64,000 nt of DNA from contig CAWGTN010000002.1 in the NCBI GenBank assembly GCA_963825525.1, positions 416,001 through 480,000 of the forward strand. Reading direction: 5' to 3'. The stretch comes from an uncultured Chloroflexia bacterium (lineage in GTDB: Bacteria > Chloroflexota > Limnocylindria > QHBO01). A program made the position numbers and the translations under genes. Positions 38,897-48,003 of this stretch are shown here, in pieces. Within the stretch, counting starts at the first letter, position 1; the number at the start of each line of letters is the position of its first letter. Below the pieces are notes generated by a model. It saw nothing but the letters and a program-made list of their open reading frames with translations. It was not told the DNA's origin and did not search any database.

Positions 38897-40179
38897 AGCG
38901 CCATCTCCCGTACCACGCCACGCATCGCGCGGTCGACCGAGGAGGCTCCGGCGTCGAGGATGAGTGCCTGGTGGGCCAGTGCCAGCGGGGTCACGTCCTG
39001 CCGGCTGCCGAGGTGCCCGGTGGCGTCACGCAGTCCGACGACCTCGTCCGGCGACATGGCGCGGACTTTTGGCTGCCGAGCGAACGGCAGGGCGCCCCAC
39101 CAGCCGTCCTCGTCCAGGACGCTCCTGACCTGGGCAAGGTCGGCGCCGCCACCGCACAGCAGGATGCGGCCGGGCAGCAGCTCGCCGGCGGCGAGGTCGC
39201 CGATCATGAGCTCGATCCCGTCACGCCAGATCCGGGCGTCCTCCAGGAGCGCATCGGAGACGTCGGGCCGCGCGGCATCGGCCGACGCGAGCTTGAGCGT
39301 CTCGGCCTCGGCGAACGAGATCGCGAGTCGTTCCGCCACGCCCTTGGTGAACGCTCGTCCCCCGAGGGCCAACATCTTGGTACCGGCGATGCCTCCACCC
39401 CGGACCAGCGCAACGTCGGTCGTCCCGCCGCCGATATCGATGAACACGGCTCCCGCATCGCCCAGCTCACCCGGGTCCAGGCAGGTCGCGACAGCATACG
39501 GCTCGGCGATGACTCCCAGCAGCTCGAGGTCGAGGGCGGTGGCAACCGATTGCAGCGCCCCCAGGTGGACCATTGGCGCAAAGGCGTTGAACAGGTGCAG
39601 CTCGACCTGCGCCCCGGTGAAGCCGATGGGGTTGCTCACCGGATAGCCATCGATCTCCATCTCGACGATCGCGGCGTGAACGAGGCGCACGTCAAGGCGC
39701 TCCATCCCGGACTCCCAGCGGATGCGCTCCTCGGCCTCACGCAGCGCCGAGGTCTGGGCACGCGCCACGATCCGTTGCAGCTCATCCTCGTCGAGAGGCC
39801 TGCGCGGCGCGTCACGGCGCATGACGAGCGTGCTGGTGGCCCCCTTGACGAGCTCGCCCGCGATGCCGATGACGGCCGCCGTCGGACGGCGCCCGGCCAT
39901 GGCGCGTGCCTCGTTCATGGCCAGACGACAATTCTCGACCACGGCGTCGATGTCGCTCACCGTGCCCGATTGCATGTGCGCCAGGCCCTGCCGCTGACGG
40001 CCGCTGCCCAGCACGACGCCGGAGAGGTGGCCACTCGGATCTCGATCCACTGACAGGACGAGCGCCTTCGCGAACTCGGTGCCGATGTCGAGGGCCGCGA
40101 TGGCCGGGCTCGCGCCACCGCGCGCCATGCCGCGGATTCGATCCGCGACGCGGCCCCAGACCCCCTGCACGACCGTCAC
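38893..40179 (-). CDS. FtsA-like actin-family ATPase (paralogue not linked to ftsZ)
   Basis: ALDIGTE (phosphate 1), G..SDID, IDGY.V.NPIGFTG (FtsA 1C), AEPYA, IDIGGGTTD (phosphate 2), LGG..FT, AETLK, LCGGGA. Confidence 0.85.
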   Translation of the reverse strand: MTVVQGVWGRVADRIRGMARGGASPAIAALDIGTEFAKALVLSVDRDPSGHLSGVVLGSGRQRQGLAHMQSGTVSDIDAVVENCRLAMNEARAMAGRRPTAAVIGIAGELVKGATSTLVMRRDAPRRPLDEDELQRIVARAQTSALREAEERIRWESGMERLDVRLVHAAIVEMEIDGYPVSNPIGFTGAQVELHLFNAFAPMVHLGALQSVATALDLELLGVIAEPYAVATCLDPGELGDAGAVFIDIGGGTTDVALVRGGGIAGTKMLALGGRAFTKGVAERLAISFAEAETLKLASADAARPDVSDALLEDARIWRDGIELMIGDLAAGELLPGRILLCGGGADLAQVRSVLDEDGWWGALPFARQPKVRAMSPDEVVGLRDATGHLGSRQDVTPLALAHQALILDAGASSVDRAMRGVVREMAL

Positions 40180-40189
40180 CGCCGGCGTG

Positions 40190-42814
40190 TCAGGCCGTCT
40201 CGATCCGACGGAGCGCCTCGAGCGACAGGCGCGCCGCCTCACGCAGGGCATCATCGAGCCGTGCCGTGTCACGCCCGCCGGCCTGGGCCAGCTCGGGCCG
40301 GCCGCCGCCACCACCGCCGATGAGCGGTGCTGCCTCCCGAATGATCGCGCCGGCATCGAATCCCTCGGCTGCCAGGTCCCGGCTGGCCGCAACGAGCAGC
40401 GAGGGCTTGCCGTCCGCGCCGCCGGCCGCCACCAGGACGAATCGCCCGGTCATGCCGCGAAGGTCGTCGGCGAGCGCGCGGAGCGCGTTCGCATCGGCGT
40501 CGGGGAAGGTCTCGACGATCACGCGAGCGTCACCGGCCTGCTGGGCGCCATGCAGGGCCGCCGCGGCATCCAGCCGCGACTCGGCCGCCCGGGGGGCCTT
40601 CGCGGCGCGCTCCGCCTCGCGCAACCGGGCCAGGAGCGCCTCGACGCGCTGTGGCACCTGGTCCTCCCGCTCCCCCAGCAGCTGGGCCGTGGCCCGCAGT
40701 GCCTCGAGCCGCGACCCGACCAGCTCGTCGGCAGCCTCGCCGGTCACTGCCTCGATCCGCCGCAGGCCGGCGCCGATGCTCGACTCGCCGGTGATCACGA
40801 ACTGGCCGATCTGTCCGGTGCTCGCCACGTGGGTCCCGCCACACAGCTCCTTGCTGTAGCCGTCGACTGACACCACCCGCACGGACTCGGGAATGTACTT
40901 CTCGCCGAAGAACATGTCGGCACCGAGCTCGCGTGCTGCGTCCATGGCCATCCACTCGGTCAGGACGACCGCATCTCGACGGATTTGCGCATTCACGATG
41001 CGTTCGACCTGGCGCAGGCTCTCGCGCGGCGTCGCTCCCGAGCCGGGAAAGTCGAAGCGCAAACCTTCGGGGCCGACCCACGAGCCGGCCTGCTTCGCCT
41101 GGCCGCCGATCACGTCGCGCAGCGCCCGATGCAGGAGGTGGGTCGCGGTGTGGTTGCGAGCGGCCCCCCAGCGGCGTGACACGTCGACCTCGGCGCGGAT
41201 GGGATCGCCGACGGCCACGTCGCCGGTCAGGACCCCGAGGTGCGCGATGGCGTCACCCGATCGCTGGGTGTCGTCCACGCGGAGACGTCCGTTGGGCCCG
41301 ATCAGCTCACCGCGGTCGCCGATCTGCCCACCCCCTTCGGCATAGAACGGCGTTCGATCCAGGATGACGGCGGTCGGATCCCCGGGCACGAGCGCCTCGA
41401 CTCGCAGGTCATCGGCGGCCGTCTCGTTCGGATGGCCGATGAACTCGGTCGGAATGGACGACATCTCCGGGTCCAGCCGGAGTCCGCCACGTTTCTCGCC
41501 CCGGGACCGGTCGCGCTGCTCGGCCATGGCCGCCTCGAAGCCCGCGCGGTCGACGCTCGCGCCGCGCTCGGCCGCGATCTCGACCGTCAGGTCGATGGGA
41601 AAGCCGAACGTATCGTGCAGCCGGAAGGCGTCGGCACCCGAAATCGTGGGGCCGGCTGCCACCAGCTCGTCGAGCCGGGCACTTCCCGCCTCGAGCGTCC
41701 GCGCGAATTTCTCCTCCTCGGCCCCGATGGCATCGAGGATGGCCTCCCGTCCCTCACGGACGTACGGGTACGCGTCGCCCATGAGATCGATGACCACCGA
41801 CGCCGTCTCACGGAGAAATGGCGTCGTGATCCCGAGCAGACGCCCGTGGCGCACCGCGCGGCGCATGATTCGGCGCAGCACGTACCCCGGCCCGTCGTTC
41901 GACGGCTTCACCCCTTCGCCGAGCAGGAACGTCATGGCTCGCGAGTGGTCGGCAACCACCTGGTAGCTGAATCGCTCGCTCTCGACGGTCTCGGGATCGT
42001 GGCCGATGAACTGCGCCAGTCGCTCGATGATCGGCACGAAAAGGTCGGTCCGATAGTTCGAGTCCACATCCTGCACGACGGACGTCAGCCGCTCGAGGCC
42101 CGTCCCGGTGTCCACGCTGTTCATGGGCAGGGGGGTCAGCGTGCCATCCGCCGCCCGATCGAACTGCATGAAGACGAGATTCCCGACCTCGAGCCAGCGC
42201 GGGCACGTCTCCGAATGGTCCGGGATGCACTCCGGACCCTCGGAGAACTCGACGCCGCGGTCGTAATGAAGCTCGCTGCACGGGCCGGAAGGACCCGTGT
42301 CGCCCATCCGCCAGAAGTTCTTCTCGTCACCCTCCGCGATGTTGCCCCACCGCACGACCCGCTCCGGCGGCAGCCCGATCTCGCCCGTCCAGATCCGGTA
42401 GGCATCCTCGTCGTCGCTGTAGACGGTGGCCGCCAATCGGTCGGGCGCGATGCCGAACTCCTTCGTCAGCAGCTCCCAGTGCCAGTGGATGGCCTCTCGC
42501 TTGAAGTAATCGCCGAAGCTCCAGTTGCCCAACATCTCGAACAGCGTCTGGTGGCGAGGCGTACGCCCAACCTCCTCGAAGTCGTTGTGCTTTCCGGCCA
42601 CGCGCAGGCAGAGCTGCGAGTCCACTGCCCGGACGTAGTCGCGCTTCTCCTCGCCGGTCAGCACGCGCTTGAACGGCGCCATGCCCGAGTTCACGAACAG
42701 CAGGGTGGGGTCGTCCACGGCGAGCAGCGGCGCCGATGGCACACGGGTGTGGCCACGCTCCTCGAAGAAGCGCTGGAAGCGCTCGCGGACATCGGCCGCG
42801 CTCATCGGCTGCAT
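40190..42814 (-). CDS. alaS: Alanine--tRNA ligase
   Basis: DPTLLFVNSGM, FEMLGNWSFGDYFK, GPCSE, DTG.GLER, HTATHLL, ELCGGTH, GGGGG. Confidence 0.98.
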   Translation of the reverse strand: MQPMSAADVRERFQRFFEERGHTRVPSAPLLAVDDPTLLFVNSGMAPFKRVLTGEEKRDYVRAVDSQLCLRVAGKHNDFEEVGRTPRHQTLFEMLGNWSFGDYFKREAIHWHWELLTKEFGIAPDRLAATVYSDDEDAYRIWTGEIGLPPERVVRWGNIAEGDEKNFWRMGDTGPSGPCSELHYDRGVEFSEGPECIPDHSETCPRWLEVGNLVFMQFDRAADGTLTPLPMNSVDTGTGLERLTSVVQDVDSNYRTDLFVPIIERLAQFIGHDPETVESERFSYQVVADHSRAMTFLLGEGVKPSNDGPGYVLRRIMRRAVRHGRLLGITTPFLRETASVVIDLMGDAYPYVREGREAILDAIGAEEEKFARTLEAGSARLDELVAAGPTISGADAFRLHDTFGFPIDLTVEIAAERGASVDRAGFEAAMAEQRDRSRGEKRGGLRLDPEMSSIPTEFIGHPNETAADDLRVEALVPGDPTAVILDRTPFYAEGGGQIGDRGELIGPNGRLRVDDTQRSGDAIAHLGVLTGDVAVGDPIRAEVDVSRRWGAARNHTATHLLHRALRDVIGGQAKQAGSWVGPEGLRFDFPGSGATPRESLRQVERIVNAQIRRDAVVLTEWMAMDAARELGADMFFGEKYIPESVRVVSVDGYSKELCGGTHVASTGQIGQFVITGESSIGAGLRRIEAVTGEAADELVGSRLEALRATAQLLGEREDQVPQRVEALLARLREAERAAKAPRAAESRLDAAAALHGAQQAGDARVIVETFPDADANALRALADDLRGMTGRFVLVAAGGADGKPSLLVAASRDLAAEGFDAGAIIREAAPLIGGGGGGRPELAQAGGRDTARLDDALREAARLSLEALRRIETA

Positions 42815-42895
42815 CGGTTCACCTTCATTCCACGACGAGAGCCGGCGACCCACCGGCTCTCGTGCGCGTGACGCTGGTCGGAGGTGGGTCGCTGG

Positions 42896-43153
42896 TCAGG
42901 AGGCCGCACCCTCGGATGCCGCGTCGGCATGCGTGTCGTACTCGTTGACCATCTCGGCGCGCGCCTGTTCCGCGGCGGCCTTGCCCTCGCTCACCGCATC
43001 GCCGATCTCGGCGCGCTTGCTCTCAACGAAGTCGTTGACATGCTCGCGCAGCTCGTCTCCGGTCTGTGGTGCCAGGATCAGCCCGAGCGCCGCACCGACG
43101 AGCCCGCCGATCACGACGCCGGCGAAGAAGCTACCGAATCCGGAATCCTTCAT
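42896..43153 (-). CDS. YtxH-like protein
   Basis: F..G.VIGGLVGAALGLILAP.TG.ELR. Confidence 0.88.
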   Translation of the reverse strand: MKDSGFGSFFAGVVIGGLVGAALGLILAPQTGDELREHVNDFVESKRAEIGDAVSEGKAAAEQARAEMVNEYDTHADAASEGAAS

Positions 43154-43521
43154 GTGTTCCTGTCGTCCTCGCGTGTTTCCCACGATTCTACCGATCCGAC
43201 CTCCGACCGTCGCGGGCCAGCGGTGATCTGCACGGTCTCGAGGCTGTGCTGGAGCGAATTCATGAGGTCACTCAGTCGGTCGAGCTTGACCGCCGCGTCC
43301 TCGCTCAGCACCTCGACATTGCTCGTGAGCTCGCGGGCGTGCGTCAGGATGGGGCGAAGCTCGGCGTCGGTGGTCTGGGCGAGGCGTCTCAGGTCCGCCG
43401 CCAGCGCACGCGACTCTCGCACGAGTGGGGTGGTCTGCCAGGCGAGATAGGCGATGGCTCCGCCCGCGGCCAGGATGCCGAGGCCGGCGCCGACGTTGAA
43501 GATGGCGAGCGCGAGATCCAT
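43150..43521 (-). CDS. DUF948/YtxG-like membrane-anchored coiled-coil protein
   Basis: N-terminal TM helix then heptad helix; 4-bp overlap with the YtxH-like gene, the usual pairing. Confidence 0.65.
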   Translation of the reverse strand: MDLALAIFNVGAGLGILAAGGAIAYLAWQTTPLVRESRALAADLRRLAQTTDAELRPILTHARELTSNVEVLSEDAAVKLDRLSDLMNSLQHSLETVQITAGPRRSEVGSVESWETREDDRNT

Positions 43522-43554
43522 GCGCGGGACTCTACACCGCCCCCCGAAAGGTCA

Positions 43555-44253
43555 TCAGTCCGACTTGATGCATGACCCGTACAGCACGTAATGCCACCGT
43601 GGTGGCACCCAGGCGCAGACGAGGGCATCGAGCTTGGCCAAAGCATCGCGCTGGGCCTCCGTCCGACCGAGGGTGGCCAGCAGGCCAGTGGTGCGTGTGT
43701 CAACGCGCCCGAATGCGCCGAAGAGGGCAAGGTCGTCCGGGTACGTTAAATAGCGCCAGCCCGACGCCCACCGCACGTGCCGTCGGCGGAGCCAGCCGTG
43801 GACTGATGTTCCCCTCAGATTCTCCGCAAAGAGAAGCGCACCCCCGGGCCTGAGCACGCGGTGGATCTCGGCCACGGCACGGAGTTGGCGTTCGCGCGTG
43901 CCGAGGGCGCCGAGGACGCTCTTGAATATCACCAGGTCGAAGGAGGAATCGTCGAGACTCAGCTCGCTCACGTCCTCCGTCCGATACCGTATCCGCTGCG
44001 TGACGCCGTACCGCTCATGAAGCGCTCGAGTTGCCGGCCCGAACTCTTCGACGTCCGTGCATAGCACATCGATCGCTTGGTTGGCGAGCCAGAGGCTGAG
44101 ACCGCCTTGGCGCTCACCGACAGCCAATGCACGGTGCGGCGAGGATGCCTCGATGACCGACCGCCAGTGAGGCAGGACACGCTGCCACGTCTCGACGTCC
44201 CACTGGATGACATCGTGCAGCTCGCTGGGGCTGAGCGAGGCGCCTCCCTCCAC
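43555..44253 (-). CDS. Class I SAM-dependent methyltransferase
   Basis: ALAVGERQGG (motif I variant), D.SFDLV, EIHRVLRPGG.LLF. Confidence 0.82.
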   Translation of the reverse strand: MEGGASLSPSELHDVIQWDVETWQRVLPHWRSVIEASSPHRALAVGERQGGLSLWLANQAIDVLCTDVEEFGPATRALHERYGVTQRIRYRTEDVSELSLDDSSFDLVIFKSVLGALGTRERQLRAVAEIHRVLRPGGALLFAENLRGTSVHGWLRRRHVRWASGWRYLTYPDDLALFGAFGRVDTRTTGLLATLGRTEAQRDALAKLDALVCAWVPPRWHYVLYGSCIKSD

Positions 44254-44313
44254 CGTTGCACTCTACTCCGGACCCACCCCATGGGAAAGCCCGCACCACC
44301 GAGCAGCCCCGTG

Positions 44314-44586
44314 TCAGTCTTGGACCCGGATGGGCCCCAGTGCGGTCAGGAGCGACACCGCGAGCATGAGGAGCTGGGCACCCACCGAGGCCGCGACGAT
44401 GTGCATGTCGCCGACGTGCACGAGCTCGAGCCCGGTCCGGCCAGCCACCTGGTCACCGATCACGACCCCGATATTCGCGGCGACCGCGAGCACGCCCACC
44501 GATCGTCCCCACCGACCACGGATGGCAACGAAGACGAGCAGGTTGATCAGGGCCAGAAGCGGCACCCATACCATCCACGGTGGCAT
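44314..44586 (-). CDS. Small multi-pass membrane protein
   Basis: Three hydrophobic segments; directly downstream of mnmA. Confidence 0.65.
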   Translation of the reverse strand: MPPWMVWVPLLALINLLVFVAIRGRWGRSVGVLAVAANIGVVIGDQVAGRTGLELVHVGDMHIVAASVGAQLLMLAVSLLTALGPIRVQD

Positions 44587-44595
44587 CAGCCGCCC

Positions 44596-45681
44596 TCAGC
44601 CCTCGGTACGGGTGATTCGACCCCCGCCGAGGCACTCCTCGCCGTCATACAGCACGGCCGCCTGTCCGGGTGCCGGCGCCCACACCGGAACCGACGTCTC
44701 GACGGCGAACCGATCCCGCCCGATCATCGTCATCTCGGCTGGCACGTCGGGTGCGCGATGTCGAATGCGGACGGAGGCCTCGAAGCGCTCCCCGGGTGCG
44801 TGCCCTGCGGTGAAGCGAGCGCCGTCGACCGTGAACGTCTGCTGCGCGACCTCGTCGCGCCGTCCGATGACCACGGTGTTCGTTGAGGGCTGGACCTCGC
44901 GCACGTACACCGCCTCGCCGAGGGCCACCCCGAGCCCGTGGCGCTGCCCCACCGTGTAGTGCGCATAGCCGGTGTGCGTCCCGACCCGCGCCCCATCGGC
45001 GTCCACGATCGGTCCCGGATCGCCCGCGTACCCGCGCCGTTCCTCGAGCAAGGCTCGGTAGTCACCCAGCGGGACGAAGCAGATCTCCTGGCTCTCCGGC
45101 TTCTGGGCGGTCGGCAGCGTGAGGTCGGTGGCGATGGCCCGCACCTCGGGCTTGGTGAGATCCCCGAGCGGGAATCGCGTGCGCGCCAGCTGATCCTGGT
45201 CCAGAACCCAGAGAAAGTAGGTCTGGTCCTTGTCGGCATCGGCCGCGCGCATGAGTCGCCATCGTCCGTCGCGCTGCTCCAGGCGCGCGTAGTGACCGGT
45301 GGCCACGTGATCGGCCCCGTAGGCGGCGAGGCCACGCTTCAGCAGCTCGTCGAACTTGATGTACTGGTTGCAGGCCTGGCAGGGATTCGGCGTCGCACCG
45401 TCGAGGTAGGAATCGACGAAGGCATCGATCACGCGCTCACCGAACTCGCGCTCGACGTTCAGCGTGAAAAACGGGATGTCGATCAGCTGCGCGACCCGTC
45501 GGGCGTCGTCGGCCGCATCGGGCGAGCAGCACGATCTGCTCAGCTCGTACCCCTCCGGAAGATCTGCGTGGGTGCGCATCCAGACGCCGATCACCTCGTC
45601 CTCGCCACGATCGCGCGCCAGCAGCGCTGCGGCAACCGACGAATCCACGCCACCGCTCATGGCGGCCACGATGCGGCTCAT
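44596..45681 (-). CDS. mnmA: tRNA 2-thiouridine(34) synthase
   Basis: AMSGGVDSS, TPNPC..CN..IKF, ATGHY, KDQTYFL, ESQEICF, YTVGQR, APGQAAV. Confidence 0.97.
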   Translation of the reverse strand: MSRIVAAMSGGVDSSVAAALLARDRGEDEVIGVWMRTHADLPEGYELSRSCCSPDAADDARRVAQLIDIPFFTLNVEREFGERVIDAFVDSYLDGATPNPCQACNQYIKFDELLKRGLAAYGADHVATGHYARLEQRDGRWRLMRAADADKDQTYFLWVLDQDQLARTRFPLGDLTKPEVRAIATDLTLPTAQKPESQEICFVPLGDYRALLEERRGYAGDPGPIVDADGARVGTHTGYAHYTVGQRHGLGVALGEAVYVREVQPSTNTVVIGRRDEVAQQTFTVDGARFTAGHAPGERFEASVRIRHRAPDVPAEMTMIGRDRFAVETSVPVWAPAPGQAAVLYDGEECLGGGRITRTEG

Positions 45682-46856
45682 GCCGTCACCGCCGATTTCG
45701 GCTGAACGCCGGGCACCGACCGCAACCGTGGCAGAACGAGAGCCAGGACACCGATTGCGGCGTCGATATCGGCCTCCGCCGTCTCAGGACCGAGGGTCAG
45801 GCGCAGCGAGCCGTGCGCCAGCCGCGGCTCGAGGCCCATCGCCAGCAGGACGTGGCTGGGCTCGGTGCTGCCCGAGGTGCACGCGCTGCCGGTCGATGCC
45901 TCGATTCCCTCGAGGTCGAGCGCCGCGACCAGGTCGCCGCCCTCGACGCCTTCGATCACCACGCTCACGTTATTCGGCAGCCGGTCCACCGGATGGCCGG
46001 TGATGGACACGCCTTCGAACGCAAGCAGGCCGTCCGTGAGTCGCCGACCGAGCGCACGGAGCCGGTCCGCATCCGCGCCGCGAGCTTCGGGATCGGCGTG
46101 CACCTGCTGGAACGCCGCGCCAAAGCCGACGATGCCGGCCACGTTCTCGGTGCCCGCGCGTCGCTGTCGCTCCTGGGATCCGCCCTGGAGCTGCGGGAGG
46201 AGCTGCGTCCCGCGGCGCACGAACAGCGCACCGACACCCTGGGGCCCGCCGAGCTTATGGGCCGAGAGGCTGACCAGATCCGCCTGCCAGGCGTCGACGT
46301 CTACCGGCTCGTGGGCTGCCCACTGCACCGCGTCGACGTGGAACCGCGCGCCATGGCCTCGGACGATCTCACCGATCGCCGCAATGGGCTGGGTCGTCCC
46401 GACCTCGTTGTTCGCCGCCATGATGCTGACCAGGGTTGTCCGATCCGTCAGCGCCGCGGCAACGTCAACCGGATCGACCCGGCCGTACTCGTCCACGGGG
46501 AGCACCGTGACCTCGAAGTTGCTGCGCTCGATGACCGCGGTGGCATTCAGGACGGCCTTGTGCTCGATGGCAGTGGTGATGATGTGACGCCCCCGCGCCG
46601 TCGCGGCCCACGCGGCGCCCTTCACGGCGAGATTGTCGGCCTCCGTGCCGCCCCCGGTGAACACGACCTCCCGCGGCTGGGCGCCGATGAGAGCGGCAAT
46701 GGACTCGCGGGCCTCGTCAATGCCCTGGCGGGCACGCCTTCCCGACGCGTGCAGACTCGACGGATTGCCGCCGTAGGTCGTCAGGTACGGGTGCATCGCC
46801 TCCAGGACCGCCGGTCGAAGGGGTGATGTCGCCGCGTGATCGAGGTAGATCGCCAT
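45678..46856 (-). CDS. iscS: Cysteine desulfurase (IscS/NifS family)
   Basis: YLDHAATS, GNPSSLH, ANNEVGT, HVDAVQ, SAHK, RAGTEN, STGSAC. Confidence 0.93.
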   Translation of the reverse strand: MAIYLDHAATSPLRPAVLEAMHPYLTTYGGNPSSLHASGRRARQGIDEARESIAALIGAQPREVVFTGGGTEADNLAVKGAAWAATARGRHIITTAIEHKAVLNATAVIERSNFEVTVLPVDEYGRVDPVDVAAALTDRTTLVSIMAANNEVGTTQPIAAIGEIVRGHGARFHVDAVQWAAHEPVDVDAWQADLVSLSAHKLGGPQGVGALFVRRGTQLLPQLQGGSQERQRRAGTENVAGIVGFGAAFQQVHADPEARGADADRLRALGRRLTDGLLAFEGVSITGHPVDRLPNNVSVVIEGVEGGDLVAALDLEGIEASTGSACTSGSTEPSHVLLAMGLEPRLAHGSLRLTLGPETAEADIDAAIGVLALVLPRLRSVPGVQPKSAVTA

Positions 46857-46924
46857 CTGGACGATGATAGGCCGAGGTGGCGCCCGACGCCCGCGGCGCG
46901 CCCGACCGATATCAGGAGAGTGTG

Positions 46925-47305
46925 ATGATCATCCGAAGTCTTGACGAGATCGAAGGCACGGAACGGGACGTTCAGGGCGCCGGCTGGCGCGCCCAGCGCC
47001 TCATCCTGCGTGACGATGGGCTGGGCTTTTCGCTGTCGGAGACCACCGTCGACGCCGGAGTGGAGATGCAGCTGTGGTACAAGAACCACCTCGAGGCATG
47101 CTTCGTGATAGACGGCGAGGCCGAGATCACGGATCGTGAGACCGGGGCGGTCCATCGCATCGGACCCGGATCAGCCTATTCGCCCGAGCATGATCGGCAC
47201 ACGATCCGCGTCGTCTCACCGCTGCGCCTGGTGTGCGTCTTCAACCCGGCGCTCACCGGCCGCGAGGTGCACGACGCCGACGGCAGCTACCTGCCGGCGG
47301 AGTAG
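46925..47305 (+). CDS. ectC: Ectoine synthase-like cupin (orphan)
   Basis: MIIRSLDEI.GTERDV, DG.GFS, WYKNHLEAC, HDRH, CVFNP.LTGREVHD.DGSY; AGGAG RBS. Confidence 0.9.
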   Translation: MIIRSLDEIEGTERDVQGAGWRAQRLILRDDGLGFSLSETTVDAGVEMQLWYKNHLEACFVIDGEAEITDRETGAVHRIGPGSAYSPEHDRHTIRVVSPLRLVCVFNPALTGREVHDADGSYLPAE

Positions 47306-47504
47306 CGGAAGGGCTTCGAAGCCCGCGTCGTCAGATGCGCATCGTGGCGGCGCTAGGCGCATCACGCGGACCCTTGCGCTCCGTTTTCGACCATATTCAC
47401 GCTCATCGGACCCTGGGGAGGATCGTCGTTCGCCGCCCTTCGGTGGCTACGGTCGCCAGGACGAGCATGTGACGACTCGTCGCCGGAATGCGTCGGCGGG
47501 CGCA

Positions 47505-47966
47505 TCAGCCGCCGATACGGATCGGCGTGCAGATGTTCGGCGCGGCGTTCCCGGTGCAGATGCGGTACTCGCCCGGCTCGGCCGTCTCGGGGATCGGCAC
47601 GCGGTCGGGACCCGGTCCGCCGACGCCGATGTCCTCGACCGCCAGTGGCCCCTCGTCTGCTGGATGCCAGGCTCGCTCCCACCCTGGCCCTGGCCCGTCG
47701 GAGAGCAGGTTGTAGTGGTGGTCCCAGGTGTCGCCGGCGCGTCGCTCGAGAACGAACAGGACACCCCTCGTGGTTCCTTCCGGGAACCCCAGCCCGACGA
47801 CGCCACCCGGTGCAACGACTGCCGGGTCGGCAGTGATGACGTCCGGCGCCATCGCGGCCTCGGGATCCGCGGGTCCGCGGGCCGGCGGCTGGTCGAGAAG
47901 CGTCGAGCAGGCGGTGAGGACCACGAGCGCGGAGAGCACGAGAGCGGCGGAGCTGAGGCGGGCCAT
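47505..47966 (-). CDS. Putative lipoprotein (Ig-like beta fold suggested)
   Basis: Signal peptide with lipobox LTAC; PGEYRIC...NIC near the C-terminus. Confidence 0.7.
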   Translation of the reverse strand: MARLSSAALVLSALVVLTACSTLLDQPPARGPADPEAAMAPDVITADPAVVAPGGVVGLGFPEGTTRGVLFVLERRAGDTWDHHYNLLSDGPGPGWERAWHPADEGPLAVEDIGVGGPGPDRVPIPETAEPGEYRICTGNAAPNICTPIRIGG

Positions 47967-48003
47967 GGGGGCAGGACGCTCGCCGCTGGTCACGGGTTGC
48001 CGT

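Noticed and set aside
42815-42895. T-box riboswitch upstream of alaS
   Set aside because: Too short for stem I, with no T-box consensus or U-rich terminator; reported instead as a novel two-state candidate
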